Both the position numbers and the translations under genes were made by a program. Of a stretch of DNA of 64,000 nt, positions 1-9,398 are shown in pieces (positions within the stretch are counted from its first letter, which is position 1; each line of letters begins with the position of its first letter). The notes below the pieces were generated by a model. It saw only the letters and a list, made by a program, of their open reading frames with translations, was not told the origin of the DNA and did no database searches. Source of the stretch: Candidatus Fermentibacteraceae bacterium (lineage in GTDB: Bacteria > Fermentibacterota > Fermentibacteria > Fermentibacterales > JCC-6); contig JBGSZS010000008.1 in assembly GCA_041750285.1 (NCBI GenBank), forward strand, positions 32,001 through 96,000, in the 5' to 3' direction.

Positions 1-1212
1 CATCCCGTGGATTTCCTCGACCCTGGCCCTGAGCTTGTGGGGCTCGCCGAAGATGTTCACCGTATCCAGCCGTTCGGCGATCTTCCTGCCCAGGGTTTCG
101 GCCGCCATGAAGCCCACTATGAGCACCGTGTTCCTGGGGTCTGAGATGGTGTTCTTCAGATGATGCCGGATCCGGCCGTTCTCGCACATGCCGGAGGCCG
201 AAATGATTATCATGCTTTCCTTGGAGCCGTTCAGGGCCTTGGACTCCTGAACTCCCTGTATGAACTTGAGCTTCTCGAAAGTGAAGGGACTGCTTCCGGA
301 CTGGATGAGGGATAGGGCCTCTTCGTCGAAACACTCCGGATGGAGCTTGTAAACACCTGTGGCATCGAAGGAAAGGGGCGAGTCCACATATACCCGAATG
401 TTGGGAAGATCTCCCGCCACATCGAGTTGTCTGAGGAAGTAAAGGACTTCCTGCGTGCGGCCCACACTGAACGCGGGAATGACGACCTTGCCCCCCGCCC
501 TGACTGTCTCCCGGATGACCCGTTCGAGCCTCTCAAGGCTTTCCTGGACCGGCTCGTGATCCCTTCCCCCGTAAGTGCTTTCCATTACGAGAACATCCGG
601 TCTGGCGGACAGGTCCGGATCCTTGAGTATGGGGCGTCCCGGGCGGCCTATGTCGCCGCTGTAGAGCAGCACCCTCTCCCGATCACCCTCACGCAGGGTG
701 AGCTCGACCTGGGCCGAACCAAGAATGTGCCCGGCCTCGAGCATCCTGAGGGTTATCCCGGGAAAGAGCTGCAACGACATGCCGTAGGGAACGGAGACGA
801 ATCTCTCCAGGGTTGCCATGACCTCTTCAAGACCGTAGACGGGCGTTATCGGCGCCTGCCCCCTTGCTTTCCGGGCCTTGTTCATGTACTCGGCATCGGC
901 GATCTGTATGTGGGCCGAATCGGGGAGCATTATCGAGGCCAGGTCGCGGGTGGCGGAGGTTGAGTAGACAGGCCCCTTGAAACCGGCGCCGACAAGCCCG
1001 GGCAGCTTGCCCGAGTGATCGATGTGCGCGTGGGAGAGCACCACCGCGTCAACCGATTCCGGTGGAACCGGATGGGTCCTGTTGAGCCTTTCGCTCTCCT
1101 CGCGCCTTCCCTGGCTGAAGCCGCAGTCAAGCATGATCCTTTTGCCTGCGGCCTCGACAAGGTGGCATGATCCCGTCACGCAGCCGGCCCCGCCCAGAAA
1201 TGTGATCTTCAC
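1..1212 (-). CDS. MBL-fold metallo-hydrolase, beta-CASP RNA-processing family (runs off the window start)
   Basis: Translated by hand from GTG at 1212: MKITFLGGAGCVTGSCHL...DCG...LSHAHIDHSG (HxHxDH motif). GAGGAG RBS upstream. Absent from the ORF track because the stop lies outside the window. Confidence 0.9.
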   Translation of the reverse strand, partial: MKITFLGGAGCVTGSCHLVEAAGKRIMLDCGFSQGRREESERLNRTHPVPPESVDAVVLSHAHIDHSGKLPGLVGAGFKGPVYSTSATRDLASIMLPDSAHIQIADAEYMNKARKARGQAPITPVYGLEEVMATLERFVSVPYGMSLQLFPGITLRMLEAGHILGSAQVELTLREGDRERVLLYSGDIGRPGRPILKDPDLSARPDVLVMESTYGGRDHEPVQESLERLERVIRETVRAGGKVVIPAFSVGRTQEVLYFLRQLDVAGDLPNIRVYVDSPLSFDATGVYKLHPECFDEEALSLIQSGSSPFTFEKLKFIQGVQESKALNGSKESMIIISASGMCENGRIRHHLKNTISDPRNTVLIVGFMAAETLGRKIAERLDTVNIFGEPHKLRARVEEIHGM

Positions 1213-1243
1213 CCGTCACTCCTCTGCTGGTGTTTCAGGGTCA

Positions 1244-1273
1244 AGTATGAAGGCTCGGGACGGGACCGGGCAA
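1244..1273 (-). promoter_or_regulatory. Putative sigma70-type promoter for the MBL hydrolase
   Basis: TTGCCC-N18-CATACT on the minus strand. Confidence 0.4.
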
Positions 1274-1299
1274 TAGTGGCGGACCGACTGGAACCGGCA

Positions 1300-1328
1300 T
1301 GGACACGCCGGGATATTCCTTATAGGAT
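1300..1328 (+). promoter_or_regulatory. Putative sigma70-type promoter for the tandem metalloprotease genes
   Basis: TGGACA-N17-TAGGAT, followed by a GAGGAGG RBS before GTG at 1390. Confidence 0.45.
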
Positions 1329-1389
1329 AAGAGCGTGTGTGGCAGCGCTATTCGTGGCACTTTTTTAACAGCAGAGGAGGCTTACAAAA

Positions 1390-3117
1390 GTGAAATTCGC
1401 GATTCTCCTTCTTACACTGGCGGTTTCCATCTCACTCGGAGACACGATTGTTTCCAGGATAGGCTCCGCCCTCGAGACCGATGCCCTCACCCCCGACGAA
1501 GCGGTTTTCATGCTGTACAACAGCGTGTACGATTCGTCGAAGGTCCCCGCCCAGTTCCGGGAAGGCACCGTGCCCGAACCCTGCGGCACCCCCGCATTCG
1601 ATATGATCGTCTCCCTCTACGACCACTGCTCCGCACCTGTGAGGGATGAACTGGATGTTCTTCTTGCCAGGCCCTACCCAGGCGACCCCTACTACACAAC
1701 CATCTCCCCTGACGACCTCTTCAAGATCCACTGGACCACCGCAGGCGTGAACGCCACGAACGAAGCCTATGTCAACATCCTGGCCGAGGCTTTCGACACC
1801 TCCTGGGACACTCTCTGCAACACGCTCGGTTTCTGGACCCCACCCGTGGACATGGGCCTCGGCGGCTGTGACCGGTACGATGTCTACATCATGAGCCTCG
1901 AGGGCGGCACGCTCGGGTACTGCAGCACCGGCGGCGAGGTACCCAATCCCGTCACCCCCAACAACGACTGGTCAAGCCACATCGCCATGAGCAACAACGA
2001 AAGCTACGGCCACAACCAGATGATCGAAACCTCGGCGCACGAATTCCTGCACGCGGTCGAGAATGCCTATGACACAGCCGAACCGTCCTGGTTCAAGGAG
2101 AACTGCTCGGTCTGGGCCCAGAACGTCGTCTTCGAAACCAACCTCTACACCGACTACCTCAAGAGCGGCGAGAACTGCCTGCGCCGCCCGTGGTACGATA
2201 TCCGGACCGGCGCCATGTACCACTACGGAGCCTCCCCGTGGCCCATGTACATGCAGTACCGCACCGGCGGCAGCGTCGAGGCCGTCCAGAGGGTCTGGGA
2301 AAACGCGGCCGACTACTACGGCGCCAACCTCATGGAAGCCATCGAACAGACCGCCGCCGAGTACGGCTTCACCTTCAACCAGTGGCTGGCGGAGTACACG
2401 TGCTGGCGCTGGTTCACGGGCTCGAGCAGGGCCGACGACGAGCACTACCCCTACGAGGAAAGCTCGCTCTGGGGTCCGGGCGCCTATGTGTTCAGCTTCC
2501 ACAACGTCACCTCGCTCCCGGCTTCCCTCGACAACGGCGTCTATCCCCCCGAGACCTACGGAAACCACTGGATCCAGATCAACGTTCAGCCCTACCAGGG
2601 CTGGATTCAGGTCGATTTCGACGGGCGCGACAACTTCGACTGGATCCTCGGCGTGATCAGGACGAAGGAAGACGGAACGGATGACTTCTACTGGACCCTC
2701 GTCGAGAACTCGCAGGCCACCTACGAATGGGGCGTGGAGACCACGGGCTGGGACAAGGTGATAGTGTTCCCCCAGCCTGTAAGCAATACCACGCTCGATC
2801 TCCTCTACGAGATGGACATCACCTACTCCACCGGCGTCGAAGAGGGTACGCAGGCATCCGCATACCTGCTTGAGGCATCGGGCAACCCCTTCATCGGCTC
2901 GGGCTTCCTCAGGGTCACGATGCCGGCCGCCGGTCCTGTCACCATCAACGTCTACAACGCCGCGGGGCGCATGGTCCAGACCATCTCCGCGGGTGAGCTT
3001 CCCGAAGGCCAGAGCAGTGTGAACTGGAACGCCTCGGAGCTCGAAAACGGGACTTACTTCGTCAGGCTCACCGGTCCCTCGGGCGGTGTCACCGCCAGGG
3101 TCACGGTTCTGAACTGA
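1390..3117 (+). CDS. Secreted zinc metalloprotease (MXAN_6640-like family) with T9SS-like C-terminal sorting domain
   Basis: Signal peptide; AHEFLH (HExxH) followed by WFKENC; C-terminal NPF...VYNAAGRMV...W...GTYFVRL pattern. Confidence 0.8.
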   Translation: MKFAILLLTLAVSISLGDTIVSRIGSALETDALTPDEAVFMLYNSVYDSSKVPAQFREGTVPEPCGTPAFDMIVSLYDHCSAPVRDELDVLLARPYPGDPYYTTISPDDLFKIHWTTAGVNATNEAYVNILAEAFDTSWDTLCNTLGFWTPPVDMGLGGCDRYDVYIMSLEGGTLGYCSTGGEVPNPVTPNNDWSSHIAMSNNESYGHNQMIETSAHEFLHAVENAYDTAEPSWFKENCSVWAQNVVFETNLYTDYLKSGENCLRRPWYDIRTGAMYHYGASPWPMYMQYRTGGSVEAVQRVWENAADYYGANLMEAIEQTAAEYGFTFNQWLAEYTCWRWFTGSSRADDEHYPYEESSLWGPGAYVFSFHNVTSLPASLDNGVYPPETYGNHWIQINVQPYQGWIQVDFDGRDNFDWILGVIRTKEDGTDDFYWTLVENSQATYEWGVETTGWDKVIVFPQPVSNTTLDLLYEMDITYSTGVEEGTQASAYLLEASGNPFIGSGFLRVTMPAAGPVTINVYNAAGRMVQTISAGELPEGQSSVNWNASELENGTYFVRLTGPSGGVTARVTVLN

Positions 3118-3128
3118 CACACCGGAAA

Positions 3129-3149
3129 GGGGGGGCCATTCGCCCCCCC
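3129..3149 (+). other. Intergenic GC stem-loop between the paralogs
   Basis: GGGGGGGC-CATTC-GCCCCCCC, no U-tract. Confidence 0.5.
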
Positions 3150-3167
3150 CACCCGAAGGGAGCACAG

Positions 3168-4886
3168 TTGAGATACACCCTTGTGATCCTTCTGGCCGTA
3201 TCTGTCATGGCAACGGCAGACACGACGCTTGACCGGATCATGAACGCAGCTTCAGCGGGCGACATCACCCGGGAAGAGGCAGCCCTTTACATGGTGATGA
3301 GCGTCCGTGATCACAACCTTCTGCCTTCCGCCTTCACTAAAGGTGCGATCGCAGAACCCTGCGGGACACCGGCCCTGCTTGAAGCCGGAAGGCTCCTCGA
3401 CCAGATGTCTTCGCCCCTTGGCGACGGGTCGGGCTACAGACTCGCAAGACCCCAGCTCAGCGGACCCGAGATCACCTTCATCACACCGTCCGACCACTTC
3501 CGCATCCACTACACGAACCAGGGCGGAGACGCGGTATCCGAGGCCTACGCCATCTCTATAGGCCAGGCCGCTGACTACTCGTGGCAGGTCCAGTGCGACG
3601 AGATGGACTATTTCTGTCCACCGCCCGACGCGGGCATGGGCGGGTGCAACCGCTACGACATATACATCATGGTGATCGACGCCCTGGGTTACACATCTTC
3701 GGGCGGCGAGTTCAAACCGCCCGATTCCACCCACAACGCATCGGCGAGCCACATCGTCATAAACACGAATCTCGGCCCGAATCTGGTCAAGGCAACGGTG
3801 GCCCACGAGTTCCAGCACGCGGTCCAGATGACCTACGACTACACCGAGCCCACATGGTTCATGGAGAACTGCGCCGTATTCATGGAAGAAATGGTCTACC
3901 CCGAAGTCGATGACTACATGGGTTACCTTGGCGGGGGCGACACACCCATCCGCAAGCCCTGGTACGACATAAGGTCGGGGGGCGGCTCGAATCTCTACTG
4001 GTACGGCGGCGTCACATGGGCCTTCTACATCTGGCAGCGCCAGGAGGTCGAAGCCGTCAGAACGGTATGGGATAACTGCGCCGATTTCCGGGGTCCCAAC
4101 ATGATGGAATCCATCGAGGACATGTTCGAATCATACGGCATGGACTTCGAGCAGGGCTTCATGGAGTACGGCTACTGGCGCTGGTTCGTGGCCAACAACT
4201 GGTACGACGGCGGCATGTACTTCGCAGAAGCCGCGGATTGGGGCGGAAACCCCTACGTCTTCAGCTTCCACAACTTCAACACCCTTCCTGCCTCGGGGGA
4301 CAATGGCGTTTACCCCCCTGAACCCTATGGCATTCACTGGATCAGGGTCAACCTCGAGGACTACCAGAACGGCTGGGTCAATTTCAGCTTCAACGGCAGG
4401 GACAACTTCGACTGGAATCTCGGCGTAATCCTCTGGGACACCGCCGGCGCTTCTCAGTGCACCTGGTACGACACCACGTACCCCGCCGGCACCGCATCGG
4501 TATCTGTCGAGGCCGCGGGCTGGGACTACGCAATCTTCTACCCGGCAATGCTTTCAGTATCCACGCTCGACATGACGTACACATTCGACATCACCTACTC
4601 CCAGGGAATCGAGGGCGGAAGCGTCGCACCCGGGCAGTCACTCTCGGTTCAGACCAACCCCCTTGTCCCCGGTGGCACCGTATCGTTCACCATGGCTGAA
4701 CCGGGCAACGCCCGTCTCGCTCTCTACGACCTCTCGGGCAGGGTGGTCGGCACACTCGCGGACGGTCCGGTTCAGGCCGGAACTCATTCGGTGGGCATAA
4801 GCGATGACCTGGCCACGGGAACCTACTTCCTCATGCTTAACCATCCAGGTGGCCTCGAAACCATGAAGGTTGTCGTCACCCGGTAG
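3168..4886 (+). CDS. Secreted zinc metalloprotease, paralog of 1390-3117, with T9SS-like C-terminal domain
   Basis: Signal peptide; AHEFQH and WFMENC; shared blocks YVFSFHN, DNGVYPPE, GRDNFDW; C-terminal NPL...LYDLSGRVV...GTYFL. Confidence 0.8.
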   Translation: MRYTLVILLAVSVMATADTTLDRIMNAASAGDITREEAALYMVMSVRDHNLLPSAFTKGAIAEPCGTPALLEAGRLLDQMSSPLGDGSGYRLARPQLSGPEITFITPSDHFRIHYTNQGGDAVSEAYAISIGQAADYSWQVQCDEMDYFCPPPDAGMGGCNRYDIYIMVIDALGYTSSGGEFKPPDSTHNASASHIVINTNLGPNLVKATVAHEFQHAVQMTYDYTEPTWFMENCAVFMEEMVYPEVDDYMGYLGGGDTPIRKPWYDIRSGGGSNLYWYGGVTWAFYIWQRQEVEAVRTVWDNCADFRGPNMMESIEDMFESYGMDFEQGFMEYGYWRWFVANNWYDGGMYFAEAADWGGNPYVFSFHNFNTLPASGDNGVYPPEPYGIHWIRVNLEDYQNGWVNFSFNGRDNFDWNLGVILWDTAGASQCTWYDTTYPAGTASVSVEAAGWDYAIFYPAMLSVSTLDMTYTFDITYSQGIEGGSVAPGQSLSVQTNPLVPGGTVSFTMAEPGNARLALYDLSGRVVGTLADGPVQAGTHSVGISDDLATGTYFLMLNHPGGLETMKVVVTR

Positions 4887-4898
4887 GCTCCGCACTCA

Positions 4899-4932
4899 GG
4901 GAATGCGCCCATCCGGGCGCATTCCCTATATT
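4899..4932 (+). terminator. 12-bp hairpin terminator abutting the -10 box of the next gene
   Basis: GGGAATGCGCCC-ATCC-GGGCGCATTCCC immediately followed by TATATT. Confidence 0.6.
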
Positions 4933-4938
4933 CCGCGC

Positions 4939-5685
4939 ATGAAAAGCACCCGTCTGTTGTCTTGCCTGCTTTTGCCGGCTTCCTGCGCCGGACCGGGCGT
5001 GAACACCGAAATGACGGTTTTCGACCCCGCACAAAAGACAATGGTCATACTTCATGTCATCGATCCCGGAAGTATGCCCGAAATTCCTGACGGCCTCGCC
5101 TGGAGCCGTTTCTCCCGAACGGACAGGTATCCCGACGACACCATTGAGAGCCTGCTGTCAACCGCAGATTCATGCGGGAAACTGATGATGCTTCTGGAGT
5201 ACGAACCCGGGACCGAACTGCCGGATCCTGCCCGTCAGCACATGTTCATAACCCTCGACGACCTGCACCGGCCAGTGGCAGTCTTTCCCGAAGGCCTTGC
5301 CCTCGATCTTCATGAAACATCGATCACGCCGGGACCTGAAGGGCACGGAACCGTTCTGCTTCTGCTTGAGAAGTACAGACCCGACCTCCTTTTCATATCA
5401 ATCAACGACCCCGGGCCGGACAGTCTATCAGCCCTGCTCGCCTTCTGGAGCGAGAGCGCAACCAACCGTGACTTCAGGTTCGTCATCCTCTCCTCCCCCA
5501 CACCGGAATCAAGGGGATGGTGCGCCATGAACTGGAGAGGCATTCAGGGCGGATTCGTTCCCGGTCTTTCATTCGAGGGGTTCGAAAAAACCCTGGCCAT
5601 ACTTGCCGGGCTTCCATGGGACCAATCGGTGTTCTCCGGAGTTCCGGCGGCAACAGTCCTCAGCACCCGGGAGCAGAACCAATGA
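4939..5685 (+). CDS. Hypothetical protein, possible lipoprotein
   Basis: ATG at 4939, MKSTRLLSCLLLPASC; stop overlaps the next start (ATGA). Confidence 0.6.
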   Translation: MKSTRLLSCLLLPASCAGPGVNTEMTVFDPAQKTMVILHVIDPGSMPEIPDGLAWSRFSRTDRYPDDTIESLLSTADSCGKLMMLLEYEPGTELPDPARQHMFITLDDLHRPVAVFPEGLALDLHETSITPGPEGHGTVLLLLEKYRPDLLFISINDPGPDSLSALLAFWSESATNRDFRFVILSSPTPESRGWCAMNWRGIQGGFVPGLSFEGFEKTLAILAGLPWDQSVFSGVPAATVLSTREQNQ

Positions 5686-7826
5686 GAGCAAAGCAGCTGC
5701 TGCTTCGAATGATAGACTGGGGAGCCTCGATCAAGGCATCCCCGATGCAGCTCGGCGGGCTTTTCGCGGCCACCGTGATCCTTCGCAACCTTCTCGAGGC
5801 CGCAACCCTCGGCATCCTGTTCGAGGGGCCGGCCTTCTTTCTACATTTCCCCGTTGCATACGTCTTCCCAATGCTCGGGCTGGTTGCCCTTCTGCACACG
5901 GCAAGCGGCTTTCCACTCCCAAAGCTGCTGAAGATTATGATCATGGCCTGGACGCTCACTCTTCTTCCCCCGATCATCGATTTCCTGGCGGGGGAAACCG
6001 GCGACATAGGCTACTTTCCCCTCCACAAGGGAAACGCGGTCTGGTTCCTGACGAACTTCTTCAACCCCGCAGCAGTCCTGCCGGGCACTACGACCGGAAT
6101 CAGGATAGAGGCCTTCCTCGGATGCGTGCTGGCCGGGGTGTTCTCGTGGTGCGTGGCGCCGGACCGTCGACTGTTGCGGGGAATCCTGACGACACTGGTG
6201 TTCATGCCGATGTTCCTTGTCTTCTTCACCTGGCCCTACCTGGTCCAGATACTGGGAGAGACGCTTTTCCCGGTGCAGGAGATCACCCAGAGGTTCCTGC
6301 AGTGGAGGGCGATAACCGAGGTTCCCCTTCACGGCTCGGCGCACTTCACCATCTTCACCGTAGACATGATGCCCGTATCGCTTCTTGCACTCTGGATGTT
6401 TTACCGTCTCTTTCCGGCCCAACGGGTGCTTCTTCGGGTAGGACTTCCCGCACTTCTGCCCGGGGCCGTCGTAGCCCTTTCCGGCTCTCTGGCGATTCTT
6501 TTGTCGACACCCCCGGGGGGAATGACATTCGCCGACGCAGTGGCAATGATCGGAGCCTTCATGGGAGTGCTCTGGCTTCTCTGTTCGGTCCCGCTGCAGG
6601 GAAACGTGCGCCTGCTTGCAATTGCCGGTTCCCTTCTTCTCGGATGGGCATCGGGCTGGAACACGCTGGTTGCACTTTCGTTCGCCACGGCCCTCTTCCA
6701 TCTTCCAGGCCCGCGATGGCTCTCCCGATCCCTTGCCTATCCGATTCTTCTTTTCGCATCGGTTTCGCCTGCCGGTATCCCCGAGTTAACCCTGCCCTAC
6801 CTTGGGTTGTCCTTGGCCGCTTCAGTTCTGGGCGGTGTTTCCACATCGGGAAAGCAGGGCTTTCGGCTGGGCGGTTCGCTTGCCTTTCCACTGCTTGTCC
6901 TCATTCTCCCACCGGAAGGCCTTGACCGCGGAAGGCTCCAGGGTTTTGAAAGACAGGCCGACTCATTCTTCAGAAGCGGGATGGTTGCCCACGGCCACGC
7001 CTCGGCAAACAGGTTCGCCGCGTCAGGCGGAAGTCTGAGAACCGTTGCGGAGGGGGCTCACCTGAGCGGCATGCACAACAGGGCGGAATGGGCATACCAG
7101 GTGGGAACTGCCCTGGGCGACTCCTCTCCCGAGATCATGAAGGTGGGTGTCAACCTGGCATTCGCCTCGGGTGACAGCCTCCTTCTGTGGGGCAGGGCGA
7201 TGGCATACATGGACGCAGCAGGTGAAAGGGGGGCCGAGGCCGCCGAACTCCTTCTTGGTTTTGCGGCATCCGTGGGGGACACGGCCTTCCTGAACAGGGC
7301 GCACTCCGGAGGCGCCCTTTCGGACCGCCTTCTCGTTCTCTACTCACGTGCCCACATGGCTCTGGGGGACACCCTGACCTCGGCTTCCTACGCGAGGGCG
7401 GCACTCACCTTTCCCGACGCCTCCCAGGGCACGTGGGCGTACGCGGTTGAAATGGCTGGAACTGCGGGGGGTGACTACGACTCGGTTTTCGACGCCAGCA
7501 TCGATGAGTTCGGCTTCTCGCAGGAGATAGCCCTGGCAAGGCTAAGGGCGGGGATCAACACCGGTGGGGTCCCTGACCGCGAAGATCTGCTCAACCGTTG
7601 CCTGGCCCTCAGCCCGGACAACCCCTCGGTACTCGAAACCGCAGCGTCATGGCACCTGGCCGCGAACGACCCCGGACCAGCCATGGAATACGCGATCAGG
7701 TCGCTGGCCGCCCAGATCGTTCCCACGCCCCAGGCATTCGCCCTGGCCGTCAGAGCCGCAGTGGCCGCCGGAAGGAACGATATCGCCGTTGCCTGCGGCA
7801 AGTACGCCCAGAGCGTTTACAGGTGA
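5682..7826 (+). CDS. Multi-pass membrane protein with C-terminal TPR-like helical region
   Basis: Many hydrophobic segments in the first ~410 aa, then Ala-rich TPR-like repeats (e.g. CLALSPDNP); ATGA overlap at the start. Confidence 0.7.
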   Translation: MRAKQLLLRMIDWGASIKASPMQLGGLFAATVILRNLLEAATLGILFEGPAFFLHFPVAYVFPMLGLVALLHTASGFPLPKLLKIMIMAWTLTLLPPIIDFLAGETGDIGYFPLHKGNAVWFLTNFFNPAAVLPGTTTGIRIEAFLGCVLAGVFSWCVAPDRRLLRGILTTLVFMPMFLVFFTWPYLVQILGETLFPVQEITQRFLQWRAITEVPLHGSAHFTIFTVDMMPVSLLALWMFYRLFPAQRVLLRVGLPALLPGAVVALSGSLAILLSTPPGGMTFADAVAMIGAFMGVLWLLCSVPLQGNVRLLAIAGSLLLGWASGWNTLVALSFATALFHLPGPRWLSRSLAYPILLFASVSPAGIPELTLPYLGLSLAASVLGGVSTSGKQGFRLGGSLAFPLLVLILPPEGLDRGRLQGFERQADSFFRSGMVAHGHASANRFAASGGSLRTVAEGAHLSGMHNRAEWAYQVGTALGDSSPEIMKVGVNLAFASGDSLLLWGRAMAYMDAAGERGAEAAELLLGFAASVGDTAFLNRAHSGGALSDRLLVLYSRAHMALGDTLTSASYARAALTFPDASQGTWAYAVEMAGTAGGDYDSVFDASIDEFGFSQEIALARLRAGINTGGVPDREDLLNRCLALSPDNPSVLETAASWHLAANDPGPAMEYAIRSLAAQIVPTPQAFALAVRAAVAAGRNDIAVACGKYAQSVYR

Positions 7827-9298
7827 CGATCCGATTACGCACCGTCCTTCTCATTGGATCACTGCTCATGGCTGCACTTGCCTGGGCGGGCGGTCCTCCC
7901 TCATTCGATGCCGTTGACGGGACCGAGTTCGCAGTTTCGGGCAGCAGGCTCGAGATCGTCCATGCTCCGGGCTATCCCCTGTTCCTTTTCCTGCTTCGCA
8001 TTACTTCACTTGCCGTTGGTCCCCTTTACGGACATATGCGCATCATTACCTGCCTGCTTGCAGGGGCCTGTCTTCCCGCCGCCTACGCTGCGCTCCGCAG
8101 TCACGGAGCCCCGGAAGCGGCAGCCGCAGCGGCTGCGGCAACCCTGCTTCTGCTTCCGCCCATGCTTTCCCAGCTCAATGTTCTTGAGGTTCACGGAACA
8201 GCCATTCTCCTGCTGATGCTCGCAGTCTCCCTGCGGAAAAGCAGGGCGGGACCATTCATGGCATCCCTGGCAGTTTTCGGAGGGCATCCGGCAGGGGTCC
8301 TGATGCTTCCCCTGGCCTTCAGCCGACGCTGGTTCTCCCGATGGGCCCTGCTGGCCGTCCTGCCCTCAAGCCTGCTTCTCTATGTGCCCCTTCGCGCCGG
8401 CTCATGCACGGTCGCCCACTACACAAGGCCGGAAACCCTTCCCCATGTTGCCTCTTACTTCACCATGTACTCGGATGTGCCGGAAGCCCCTTCAACCCGG
8501 GGGGTTACGCGGCTTGCAGCGGCAATGGGCCCGGTGTGCGCAGGCGCGGTCCTGCTGATATCCATCGCCGGAGGCAGACCGGGCAGAGGGGCCATGCTTT
8601 CGATGCTGCTCGGCGCAGTTTTCCTTTCAGTCTACAGGGTGCCCGACTATGAGAGCTTCGGCTGGCTTCTCCTCGTTCCCCTTGCCTTTCCCCTGTCGAA
8701 CGGGATCGACCGTTTCCTCCGGGGGGGTACGGGCGGAAGGATCGTGCTCTCCTCCCTGCTCCTTCCATGCATCTTCCATGGTGTCAGGGGGGCATGGCGC
8801 GGAACCGACGACGCCGCCCCCAGGTATTCCCGCGACATACTCTCGGGACTGCCGGCCGGGGCCGTCCTGCACACTGAAGGCCATCCGACGTTCTACACGG
8901 CCTACATGATCTTCAACGAGGGCTGCAGGCCCGATGTCATCCCGTGCGACGCCCTTGGGAACTTTTTCTTCCTCAGGATGACCGGACCCCTTCCGGACAG
9001 CCTGGGCGGACGTCCCGTTTTCTCGACCCGTGCATGGAGCGACACTTCCCTCGTTCTTTCCGGTCTGCTCTTCGGGCCGGTGGCCCGGGCGGTATCCTGG
9101 AATGATCTTGAGATATTCAGCTACCGGGGCGCATCACCGGACGCCATGGCGGGTGATCTCGCAGCCGAAGCGTGGGCTCTGCGAATGGTCCAGTCCAGCG
9201 GCCGGGAAAGGGAGGAAGCCTTCAGGACGGCCATCGAACACTCGGAGACGGATGTGACAAGGAACCGGGTGGAGACCCTTTTCCGCCGGACGCACTGA
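7823..9298 (+). CDS. DUF2723 / TMEM260-like membrane protein (putative GT-C glycosyltransferase)
   Basis: DGTEF followed by IVHAPGYPLF, a later LLYVPLRA, multiple transmembrane segments, and RPDV in the C-terminal soluble part; GTGA overlap. Confidence 0.65.
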   Translation: MTIRLRTVLLIGSLLMAALAWAGGPPSFDAVDGTEFAVSGSRLEIVHAPGYPLFLFLLRITSLAVGPLYGHMRIITCLLAGACLPAAYAALRSHGAPEAAAAAAAATLLLLPPMLSQLNVLEVHGTAILLLMLAVSLRKSRAGPFMASLAVFGGHPAGVLMLPLAFSRRWFSRWALLAVLPSSLLLYVPLRAGSCTVAHYTRPETLPHVASYFTMYSDVPEAPSTRGVTRLAAAMGPVCAGAVLLISIAGGRPGRGAMLSMLLGAVFLSVYRVPDYESFGWLLLVPLAFPLSNGIDRFLRGGTGGRIVLSSLLLPCIFHGVRGAWRGTDDAAPRYSRDILSGLPAGAVLHTEGHPTFYTAYMIFNEGCRPDVIPCDALGNFFFLRMTGPLPDSLGGRPVFSTRAWSDTSLVLSGLLFGPVARAVSWNDLEIFSYRGASPDAMAGDLAAEAWALRMVQSSGREREEAFRTAIEHSETDVTRNRVETLFRRTH

Positions 9299-9398
9299 AC
9301 CCGGCATTTCCCCATTCCCGTTCCGGAGCCTATATTCGCGTTCATACATCCCTCTTCGACAGGGGTACGGTTTTTTCAGAGCGAGAAACGGAGATGTG

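Noticed and set aside
340..963. 207-aa plus-strand ORF and other long antisense ORFs (e.g. 1972-3165, 9882-10922, 11624-12616, 20862-21926, 35401-36513, 58392-59801)
   Set aside because: Shadow frames opposite well-supported genes, expected with high-GC codon bias; no motifs or RBS support.
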